NCBI GenBank assembly: GCA_973895155.1
Contig: OZ316892.1
Span: 20,099,869-20,163,868, forward strand
DNA length: 64,000 nucleotides
Reading direction: 5' to 3'
Source: Marsupella aquatica
Taxonomy: Eukaryota; Plantae; Marchantiophyta
Within the stretch, counting starts at the first letter, position 1; every line of letters begins with the position of its first letter. Under the pieces are notes generated by a model. It had not been told where the DNA came from. It saw only the letters and a program-made list of their open reading frames with translations, and did no database searches. Shown here piece after piece: positions 39,920-51,070 of this stretch. Made by a program: the position numbers and the translations under genes.

Positions 39920-41204
39920 TTACGCCATGTAGTGAAGGTGAAACTGATTTCCAGTTTCGAATATAGCAGTTGTAAGTTTGTTCTCCAGCTCTTCATAGCT
40001 GTCATAATTCGGAAGTAAAAGTTTGCGCCTGTGGGAGTCTCGCAGGGTCGGAAACGCGCACAATGCAAAAACGCTGCAAGCCGTAACTGCCTCTGAGTCC
40101 CTTGAAGCCATCAGGATATGGAACCTTTGATGTCCCGGTAACGAATTGTAAAAGATGGGCTCGCATTTCTTGACTCCACGAGTTCACCAGCTGCCAAAAC
40201 CAGCTGATCACTGGACACATTTTACAGTGACGGTGCCAAAACCATCTGAGCACTTGACACTTGTTACAGTAACGGGTCACGGTACCCGTTACTGTACTCA
40301 GTGCTCTTTCTCCAATCAAGAGCATTAATGTGTGGAATCCCTCCAATCAACCATTCCAATTCAGTTTCATTAAACTTCTGTAGTAACACGGGGTTCACAA
40401 CTAGCGCAAGTCCTGCCCTCAGCGCTTGGATTTGTGACTCAAGACTCTCTGTAAGACGCCATGCAGATAAGAGATCCACATACTCCCTCTTGTTTGCCTC
40501 GCAAACGTTGATCTCCTTGCCTCTGGGCTTTAGCTCGATTTCTTCGAATGCACCGAAATTCTCCCTCAAAACTGAAAAGGTCAACTCTAAATCCATGCCA
40601 TCCAAATTGGTTTCCAAAAGCCAGACCAGACTTTTGTAGACTTGAGCATCGACAATCGCCATATCATGAAAGGTCAGAGGTTTGCTCAGTATCCGCTTAT
40701 AAACCAGCCTGGGGAAGTGTGCATCCAGTACGTAAACAGCCGTCGACCAATGCTTTGCCCATAATGGTGCCGATGAATCGAAATAAACGCAAATGATCAG
40801 TATTGATTCCCGAATTGGGTTTATTTCGAACGTGTAACCATCTGCGAGGTGCTACGAGTGAACAACCCGTACTGAGGATTGACAAATTCTCTACTTAGGG
40901 AAGTGTACCACTCCCGCTTGACTCCTCCGATTCCGGCGTCTACCCCGGCTTCCCCCCAAAACCCAACGGATAGTGGATTACGGAGGTTTTGATCTCTGAT
41001 TGAGGCAAATATCGAATAAGAGTCTTCAAAGACATGATCCCGTCTCACAACCATTTGGAGACGCGTTCTTTGACTCGCGTTAAGCCAGGGATCTGATTCG
41101 TCTGCATGACTTTCCTTGGCCAGCTCCCTGAACAGCCTGCGCCTTTTCAGTTTGAAGATGGATTCGGCACTAAGGTGGTCCTTGCGGTCAATGATAGATT
41201 TCAT
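39920..41204 (-). pseudogene. Intronless HECT-domain E3 ubiquitin ligase pseudogene
   Basis: VRRDHVFEDS, GEAGVDAG, REWY, NPQYGLF, HLRLFRFIG..GKALVDG, LELTFS, NKREYV, WFWQLV, LLQFVTGTSKVP, RLPQAQT, PNYDSYEELENKL are spread over several frames with at least 4 frameshifts. The TCFN catalytic Cys is deleted. Confidence 0.9.
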
Positions 41205-41256
41205 GGTCGCGTTCTCTTGAGCGTGATAAGTTGGCTGGTCCAACCAGGAACAAGGC

Positions 41257-41259
<3 letters not shown>

Positions 41260-41308
<49 letters not shown>
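41260..41308. repeat. (AG)n microsatellite
   Basis: About 24 perfect AG units. Confidence 0.97.
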
Positions 41309-41312
<4 letters not shown>

Positions 41313-42415
41313 CACTGAGGTCCGGGTCATATACTAATATCCATTCTTGCATCCACAACAACTGGCGCGGGAAAATTGGGAGAGTACTTGACTGATGACC
41401 AACAGGAACAGCAGCAGCTTGACAAGAGAACTGGCTTACTAGTAACGAAAGTGAGAAGTGCAGCATATTGAAAGGAAAAGTGACAAGCTACTACAGTGAG
41501 AAGTGCATCAGATAGAAAGGATCGAACTGACTAATGAAGAAAGTGAGATTTGAAAGGCAAACAACAAAATGCAGCTTAACCCTGGCCGTATCGATCAGTT
41601 GACCAAGCATTTGATTTCTCGATCTAAACGTACACACGGTACCAAAAGAACAGCCCCCAGCGTCCCCCCATCCAGAGAAAGGTTGTCGTGGGCCATGTGT
41701 CCTAGCTGTAGGATCGAGGCCAAGGGATGTTCTCTGCATTCGTGTTTCTGGGTTACTTTTGTGAAGGACTCAGAGTTTATCTAGCAAAGGTACACAATAT
41801 TCATTTTCTCAAGTTGCCTAATTTGTTAGCTAGCTAGGAATCAATTATGGATTGACCATGCACAGACGAGGTTCCAGAATCGATTCTTTCTTGGATTGAA
41901 TTGCTGGTATGGTAGTCTGTGTGTGTCCTCTCGATGTTCACTACGTACTGGAAAAGGTCGCAGTTGGATTGGGCTGTACTCTGACTCGTAAAGTGTCCCT
42001 CACTATATATTTGGATCATGCATGGATACAATGATGGCCCTTTTCCACTATATATACTCAAAGTTGAATAGCTTCAAGCTAGGTTCCTAATGTGGTCAGA
42101 CTTTGGACGATTGGATATGCAGGAGCCTCTATTAGATCGAGGAACCGGTGCAAGTTCCTCTCACCAGAACAATCGCGGTCTAATCCACATAATTACAAAT
42201 GTTACGTACTAAACTCGATCACACTTACTAACTCTGTAAGCTTTCAAATAAAGTCGAAGCTCAGCACAACCTCCAAAGAATTATCCACTGAAATGTGCTG
42301 ATTGATGAATCTTGTGGCTCTGTTTGATCTGTTACCCCCTTACATCCTTGCTAGCAATATTTTAGGATGTTTCTAATTGCACCGACTGCCTTGAATGAGT
42401 TCTATATATAATAGC

Positions 42416-43190
42416 ACTAGCTCAATACCTGTGCGATGCACAAAACATGCCATGACGCCCAAATGTTGTTATGTGAAACATATAGTGAAGTGAAAAGCCA
42501 GGTGTTGTTAAGAAAACAAAGACATATATCATTTTGCCAAAGATGTCATTATGTGAAAAATGTTGTCAAGTGAAAAATGTTGTTAAAAAAGAAGAAGTTG
42601 TTCTGCCAAAAGATTTGTTATGTGGAAGACGTTGTCAAGTAAAATGATGACGTTAAGAAAAAAAAAGTTATTTTGTCAAAGATGTGATTATGTGAAAGAT
42701 GTTATCAAGTAAAATGATGTTGTCAACTACAAAAATGTTGTTAACAAAAAGAAGTTGTTTTGCCAAAGATGTTATGTGAAAGATGTTAGAGTTTTGACTC
42801 AACCTTGACTAGGTTAACTAGAGTAAGTTAACCAGAGTTAACATTAGTTGACTAGACTCTTCATGAAGGGATTTAATCCTCTTTGTATCCCATGGAGAGA
42901 GAACACTTAGTGGAGAACTTTGTGAGAGAGTGAGAGAGCTTGGACCATGGAGCTATGGTGAGATGTACTTTTCGTGTTCATAGTGAAGCTCTTGGTGCGG
43001 CCATGGACGTAGCCCGAACCACGTATCTTTGTGTCGGTGTACTCGAGTGTTATATGAATGATGTTAATGAGACGTCACATGGCTATTCATTTTGATCCTA
43101 CAAGTGATATCATCAAGTTAAATGATGTTGTGGCGCCAAAAGGGTTATGTGAAAGTACCGTGAAGTAAAAAGATGTTTTCAAGTAAAAGT
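42416..43190 (-). mobile_element. Helitron-like non-autonomous element with AT-rich minisatellite
   Basis: aCTAG (42417-42420) is followed by the hairpin tgtgcgatgcaca (42430-42442), i.e. a Helitron 3' signature on the minus strand. Tandem aaagatgtt/tatgtgaaa/tcaagtaaaa units follow. Confidence 0.5.
42784..43112 (+). mobile_element. Copia-like LTR plus PBS-like stub
   Basis: Starts TGTTAGAG, contains ccatggacgtagcccgaaccacgtatc, ends cctaCA (43102), then agtgatatca (similar to the tRNA-iMet PBS start TGGTATCA). Confidence 0.65.
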
Positions 43191-46074
43191 GTGCCCCTTG
43201 CCCGAGACCTTGTCATCAATGCCCATGCCATGATCTTTACTATGTCTTTGGGTTTTTGTTTTTTTGTTTTCGCAGTGAAAATGACACAAAAAATGAGTAT
43301 ATAAAATCACCCCAAATATTGGAATAATAGTTTTTAATGTGATTAGTGTATGTAGTCCCCTTATTGACTAAAGTAGTATCGGAAATTTAACTCCTCCAAG
43401 TATTAGACAAAACTGTTCAATATTATTCATTGAGACTTATGTACACCCTATTGAGAGTATCTAGAGTACTTCCTTTGATCATGGAGGGAAGATCCTCAAT
43501 GATCCTGGTGCATTGTGTGACCATAGTACCTTGTTTCTGTTTATCTCATAATTTGATTAGATCCCTCCAGTAACAATGGTGTGACTCTTTTCTTTTCACA
43601 CTAAATTAAATTTACTTTTTGACTTATTTATTCTCTCTGACAAGATTTCTCATTTTTTGTGCCCTGAAAATTTGAATGACGACCACTTCAAAAACTGGTG
43701 CATCCCTTTATTATATGAGTTAATATGGACGTACATGTTCTTCCACACTTGAGAATGATAGTGTGTGTCCAATGTAAAATACTAAAGTTTTAATTACATT
43801 CTCATGAGCTTTAATCTTCACTCCAAAAAATAATTGCTACCATAAATTAGACTCCTGATTAAACTCGCCTATTTCTTCCAGTTGTCGTGTTCTTGAATGG
43901 TTTTTGGTTAGTTTTCAGAATTGCAATGAAGTGCAAACAATTATTGATGTGGATGGGGATGAAGAAAATTATCCAGAGCAAAGTATATAAATGCACCCCC
44001 TCAGATGTAGTAATAAAAATTCTCTTGCAATAAATAAAAGAAAGGAACTTCTCTAAGGTGCCAATAACTTTTCCTAGCCAATTAAATGTATTTATAATTT
44101 AGATTGGAGAGCAGGTATTGCAATATGCTAGAGATTCTATAGATGGAGGAAATGCCATGCAAATAAGTTAACTAAAGTTACCCCCTACCTTAGTTCCTTG
44201 CTACTTCTAAGTATTTAATGAACTAAACGCCCCTTGCATGACGTCAACTTTTTTGAAAGTGAACACCCCCCCCCCCCCCCCCAAAGGAGGCATCAAATTC
44301 ATCATCTTTCATTAATACTCTATAGATAGATAAAACTACTAAAGGAGGATCTGCTTTTGAGTTATTAATCTTAGTTTACTTGAAAGCTAGATCATAACTT
44401 TATCTAGAATTTTTATTGTTGTTTGTACGTCAAGAACTTCTATTAAAAAATTGCCAGCATTTATGATAATTAAAGAACAAAACAACATTTTAGAATCTCC
44501 TCCAATCATGCTTGACCTTACCTTATCAAAGATCATAATATTGTGATATACAAATGCCATGGGCGCAGGTTAGTTGGTTCCACTAGTTGGAACATATCAC
44601 AAACTAGAATTCCCTACTTAACGTCTATGATGCATGCTGCTCAGTTTTACCTAGAACAGTTTATTTAACAAATCAACAAATCCTGGCCCAACTGAAGAAT
44701 CTTATACAAGATGGCAAATATCTCCAGTTTGGCTTATCTCCAAGCAACGTACACTATTGGCAACCAGGATCCATGCAGTTGTCAACTAGTTACAATAATT
44801 ATGCACTTAATTGAGTACCTCATGGCTGCAAAGGTACCCAAGATTTCAGATGCACGACCAAATGTAAATCTTCAGTTTACTTTTAAGTGCACTCAATCTC
44901 CTTACCATAACAGAAATGTGGGTAAACAGTCAATGAATGAGAACATTTATTATCTAGATTATCTCATGATTAGATGCAAAGTGCTCAGTCTCCCTGTCAC
45001 ACATCATGGAGATGATTGGAGACAACCTACAAGTCCATCCAGGCTCTAGTTTCTTGAAAGAAACTTTTAAATTAACCTATATATTTTAATTAATTGCAAA
45101 AGAAAACTAATGCATGGTTCTTTGTATTTATTGAAGAAATTGTGGATTGTAGCTTTTTCAGGGAACTAAGTCCCTTCATCATCTTTTGGACTTGATGGAC
45201 CCCAATGACTAATTCAAGACTTGACCAGGCCCTTTGGACCATCAACCATAAGAAATCCAAAGATGTAGTAACTTTGCAGTGATCTGACGGGGTCCATCTC
45301 CACTACACAGGGTGCCACGACTTCAGTTGGAGTGCAAGCCACACAATGAACAACATGTTGACTTTTTGTAAACCTCAATATCTTATTGTATATATGACTA
45401 AATGAATTCTGTTGAGCTGAAATTGTTTGCCTGGTGTGATCTCCAATGTCCAAGTTACCTATTCGAAGATGTTGGATGTTTTGGACACCGCCAACACTCA
45501 AAAGTCATTTTGGGAACTTCCAAAAGTCATTTGTTTTGCCAAAGCATAATCGGGAGCATAATAGGTTTAGGCTTCGATCACTTAGAATTGTTAACTTGTT
45601 TAAAGAAGGTAGATAGCTTGGTTTTGTTCCAAACTTTGCTATAGGTACCTAAAGAAAAGTGAACAATTGTAGACTTTCGCTGTGTATATGTGCAATATAT
45701 CGAGGGTGGTACTGTTTTCCACACTCAGGTAAGCGATCTGCGAGAGACCTATATTAAGGCAGGTCTCCTGGTGAATAACCCACAACCTCGATGGTTACTC
45801 GAAAAAACTGAGTCTGTATGTGCAAGCAACTTAATAGAAAATAGTCATCGGAAATGCTGACGAATGCACAACAACCTTCAACCAGAAAAGGGAAACATTT
45901 AATAGAAAATAGTCATCGGAAATGCTGACGAATGCAGCTCCACCATAGACTCTCTATCTTAATTGGAAGATCACCGAAAGGTGTTCACATTAGTGGGAGT
46001 GCCTCATACATGCCAATTATTGATCGAAATGGAAATTATATTGTTAAGCAACAACTATGTGTTCCCCATTGAGT

Positions 46075-47277
46075 TCAAAGTTGAATTGAACAAGGCAAGT
46101 CATATTGTTCCGTGGATCCAGGCCTTGCTTCAGGAAGCTGAGGGCCCATTACGATCTCCCACTCAATGTCTCTGTTCTCCTGACCAAACCCTTTGCTCCT
46201 TAGAAGAAATTCGTCAACCTTGCCCGTCCATCTGAATCTTTTGACTACTACTAAAAGCTCATCGTCCAGGCTAACAACACTCTTAGCCGAAGTATTTTTA
46301 GAAAGGGAAGAAGATTGAAAAAATGACCATGAACGCTCCTCCATATCATAGACCCAAATGCTGTCTGAAGTAAGTACATGGCATAATCCTCGAACGGTAA
46401 AGTGGACTCCTTGCACAGAGATATTCGTCCTCAAGCCAAACCTGTAGTTCCTCATGAAAGGTTTGATGAGCCTCCACTCATTCCTGAGAGGGTCACAGAC
46501 CTGTACAAACGATATATCGCCATAGGTGATCCAATTTCTCTCATCATGATCTTCAGTACTAAGGTTTCCTCGATAAATTTCTCCATCAATAATGCCCTCC
46601 GCGAAAAGCTGACGATTCCAGCCGTGGACGAAAATTTCCTCTCCAATTACCACCATATCGACAATTTTTGCGAAAGGATGTATCATAGGCTCTAATCTCG
46701 ACCAGGAATCAACTTTAGGGTCATACACCTCAGCTTCGCGAATTCCACTGTCAGGTGATTTACATCCCCCCATAACATAAATCTTGCCATTCATAACACC
46801 AGTAGCAAAATGTAGTTTTCGCGTTCCCATTGGTGCACATGTTTTCCATTTCTGTTGTCCCGCCAAATCCAGCATGTATACCGCCTTTAAGCCAACTCGA
46901 TGTCTACCTTTCCCCCCCAAGACAAATATCTTGCCATCCAATGAAACACAACGGCAATCTCATGGGAAACCTCTGCGAACACCAGGGATAGGAGGAAGTT
47001 GAAACCAAAAGTTATCGCTTGTAGAGTATAGCCACATCGTAACCCTATTGTCAATAATCTGTTTCATAACAGCCAATGTAGTTGCAGAATGAGTACGGAT
47101 TCTCATATTATGAACAAGGCGATCTTGAATTGCCTTCTCCCAAGCTGGACTTGTGGAAGATAGCTTAGTAATTCCTCTCCAGGACAGCTTTGGAATTATC
47201 TCGTGCAGAGTGACGTTATTGGTGATGCCCGGTAAAAATTCTTCCTTCAGGTCCTCCCAAGCCACTGGTGGTGCCAT
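46075..47277 (-). pseudogene. Intronless F-box/Kelch-repeat gene with a single in-frame TGA (46960-46962)
   Basis: F-box-like FLPGITNNVTLHEIIPKLSW and Kelch repeats (DGKIFVLGG, NGKIYVMGG, AEVYDPKVDSW). The two ORFs are in the same frame: ...RRGFP*DCRCVSLDGK. Confidence 0.85.
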
Positions 47278-48123
47278 GGTCAAAAGTTAAGAATAACTGA
47301 TAATGACGACGGGTACGTTTAGAAGCCAGCCTAAGGAGGTATGGCTTGAGGCCGGGTTGTAGAATTTTGAGCTGCTACCAAAGACAAGTTTGATCAAGAT
47401 CAAACCACAGCTAGCTCTAGACAACAGCCTTAACTGTAACCTAAGCTGGAGGACGGAGTTTGTGCCCGAGTTTGTGATCGAGAGAATAAAGCCTGCACCA
47501 GGTACGCGAATTGACAGGTCACATGATCGAAGGAGTAAGGGCACAGAATGATTAATACCGTTGAAGCGGAATCTACAGTCTTATATACTGTGTGCTACAT
47601 GTGAGGGCGCGCGTGAGAGGGACTACAGAGTGAAGAATGACTTGAAATGACTGATGACAAATGAGCACACCAACCCTACTGCTTATGGCTTGCTACTGAC
47701 AACAGACAGAACATGACATACCGTTCTTGTGGCAGTGGCAATTTTTTTCTCTAGTGTTCATGCCAACGGGCTGCTGCAGTGGTTTGCTCAGGAGCCAGAC
47801 CAACTGAAGCACGCTACTCACCAATCGTTCCTAATTGAGTCAATACTACATCAATTAATTGTGAGTACAGGAACAGCAGGAATACGTGCAAATCTTTGCC
47901 AGACATCTGTGTAATTAGTCATCTGTGGTGCTAGCTACTAGTGAACAGCCTGTATCTTGCTAGGATTCAAGATGTCTCTACTTAGCGCAGTGCGTACCAA
48001 TGCCCAGTGACTAGCTCCTCCGCTAGCTTTCTCGCGCGGCTCGCAAAAGAATCCCAATGCATAGTCCCGGTGCATAGTGGATGAGGGATTTATTCATCTT
48101 GGCTTGAGCAAACACAGCAAGTA

Positions 48124-48303
48124 AGGGTCTTCAAAGACGTACATGATCCCGTCTCACACATTTGAAGATGCGTTCTTTCACTTCATCTAAGTGAGAGATA
48201 TATCCGATCCACGTACCAGCATGTAGTCCGTTGGCCAGCTCCTGAACAGCCAGTGCTTTTTCATCTTCAAGATCGATTCAGTCCAATATAATAGGGTGGT
48301 CTT
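48124..48303 (-). pseudogene. Second, more eroded fragment of the HECT gene (N-terminal part)
   Basis: gtcttcaaagac..atgatcccgtctcaca..gcgttcttt..ttggccagctcc.tgaacagcc..aagatSgattc..ggtggtc aligns with 41020-41182. Confidence 0.75.
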
Positions 48304-49096
48304 AATTTGAGGACGCACATAAAGCAGGAGGAATGCACACAATTTGATCATCTCAGAAATGATGGACAGCTGGGTTTGGGATGACGGATCTGCCTCCGGC
48401 ATCTATTAGCACGCCTTAACCAAGCACAACCAGATAAAACGAAGTAGTGAACATTGACTGTTTGACTCATTTCAGATACCTATATAATAAGAGAGCTTAG
48501 AACCAAAATATAACCAAAATATACTGTGAATGTCTTTCACCGCTCTTGAAGTCTCTCAAGCTTGTTGGGGTGTCCATTCTCACATGTTGACGCCCAACCT
48601 CTCCCAATACAAGGCTAAGCGTCAACATGGCAGTTGTGTCTTTGAAACTTGTTGGTTTCTCCATTCACACATGTTGACCCCCAACCTCTCCCCATACAAG
48701 GCTAGGCGTCGATCAACATGTCTGGCAGTTCAGTCTATTGGCATGCATGGTTGCTGGGGATGTTGGGCTACTACCTACCTTAGGTTGGAGAAGGTACGTT
48801 GAACCTGATCGACGAAGGTGTTGATTGTTCTGGTTGATGTGGAGCTCCAGCTGCAGTCTGAAGTTGAGGTGACCATGGAGTCAAATTAACTGTTTCTCAC
48901 ATAGTCGTCTCACTGCAGCTGCATGTCGCATATCAGATAGTACGTGGGTTTCAAGATATATACGAGAAGGCCATATCAATTCAAGATAGTGGGTTTCAAT
49001 CCTTTACACTTCGCAGTTTTGGGCAAATAATTTAAGCGTTGTAAATAACAAACTAGTACGGTGTGGGATGACATATCTTGATAATTAGCTATTTTT

Positions 49097-49460
49097 ACTA
49101 GCCCAATGCTTGTGCCTTGCAGAGAAAATATCTAGGAGAAAATGATGTCACCCAGAAAAAGAGATGAACAAGAGAAAGATATTGAAAGTGACAAAAGATG
49201 TGGAGGTGAAACACAGATGATGTAGCTGTGAGAAAACGATGTCTAGCTGATGTCTAGGAGAGAAAAAGAGGCCAAAGAATGAAAAGATTTTAAGGTGAGA
49301 AAAGATGTGAAAGAGAGAAAATGATCTAGGGATGAGACCAAGGAGAGAAAATAATTTTAAGATGAGAAAAGATGTGGAGGTGAAACAAAAATGGAGAGAA
49401 GAGTAAAAGAGGTTGAGGAAAGAAACAGATGTCAAGTACAGAAAAGAAAAAGATGTCACT
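49097..49460 (-). mobile_element. Helitron-like 3' end with purine-rich repeats
   Basis: aCTAG at 49098-49101 plus a degenerate hairpin (gcttgtgccttgcag), positioned as at 42417. Repeats such as aaaagatgtggaggtgaaaca follow. Confidence 0.35.
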
Positions 49461-51070
49461 AGTTCACTGGTATGCTCTGTTCAAGGTGTAACAGAGAGGT
49501 CTCATGGGGGATGGGTATATTACATTGACGTGATATTTTAGGTGAATCTGTCGCAGAGAGGTCTCATCGGGGGATGGGTATACTACATTGACGTGATATT
49601 TTAGAGTGCCCATGCTACTTGACAGACCGCCGTTCTAGGTGGGTCACAAGTCATGCACCTACAGTAGATGAGCAATCACGACCTTAGCGTCCTAAGGGCA
49701 TCTTCCCGGAAGTTCAGAGGAGCAACTGTATGGTCGTCAACAAATAGTCCTCAAAGCAAAACAAAATTATTGGATGATAGTTTCGGTAGGCCGGTGCTTA
49801 GCTTGTAGTAGAGCTTAGTGTACGTTTTCATAGAAATCAAGAACTATAATACAAGGTTGTGCCTTTTTTATGCAGTGGTGGTCATTCAAATTTGGAGTAG
49901 CTTTTGGGGTGAAAAAAACAGAAACTGCAAAAAGTGGAAGCAATAAAGAACAAATGAATTATATTTAATGTGAATGAAAAAGTGGATGCACGTGTCCCCA
50001 AACTAGAAGGAAAAAGACAAAATCTTCTCTTTACCATCCATGTATACAATTATATGCTCTTCCCTCTACTATCCATTTAATTTATACCATGTCCTCCCTC
50101 TACCATCCATGCTACCTCTTAACTCCTTCTACCATCTATACAATACCATGCTCCTCCCTCTACCATCCATGCATAGGGGCTACATAATGATAGTAGTTTA
50201 ATTGCAAATATCACATAGTCAATCAAGTAGAACCCCAATTTAAGGAATACTGAAGTATTAGACTAATTCCAATTTTATCTAAATATTATAAGTTAATGAA
50301 TGATCAACCTCTTTAACATTTGGTGGGATAGTCAAAAACTTCAAATGTTTTGTTGCAAGATCTTTATAACAATGCATCACTAAATGACATCAAGTACCTC
50401 TTGATCCATGCACAAATCCTTAATTAAACTGTCATTCATTGTTTCAATTGTCTATTTAATTACTATAGGGTTGAATACAAAAAAGATTGACCACCCTTTA
50501 CAACAATTAATAGGATTGTTGTATATTACAATGTCTACTGGACATTCATTTTAATGTCAATAATATCATGCCTTAATATCACCAAACTAAGGCCCCACTG
50601 TCTAACTAATATTATATCTTAAATAAACTAACCAACAACTAACTTGTCTATTTAATTATGATAGGGTTCAAGAATACAAAAAAAGATTGACACGCACCAG
50701 GGTGCGTGACCTACAATCATAGTATCACCCTCTAATTAGTTAGTTTCTATTGCTTTGACTCAATCAGGCATGGAACCATATAAAATCAGAAATCATTGAA
50801 AGTTGAGTTCACTTGAAGGTGTAACTATAATTATTATTTATTAATAGGATTGTTGTATATTACAATGTCTACTGGACATTCATTTGAATGTCAATAATAT
50901 CATGCCTTAATATCACCAAACTAAGGCCCCACTAACTAATATTATATCTTAAATAAACTAACCAACTAACCAACTTAGACGATAAGACTTGTCTAAACTT
51001 GAGTTCTCTGGCTACTACTATTCTGAGTTGCCTTTTAAACTGTATGCTAAACTATATGCTTCATTACTGT

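Noticed and set aside
45420-45500. C2H2-like string FECWRCPK...HWRSH on the minus strand
   Set aside because: Contains a stop codon and has no supporting context.
50691-50708. Hairpin read as a Helitron 3' end
   Set aside because: No CTRR at the expected distance. It fits the 8+2+8 palindrome family better.
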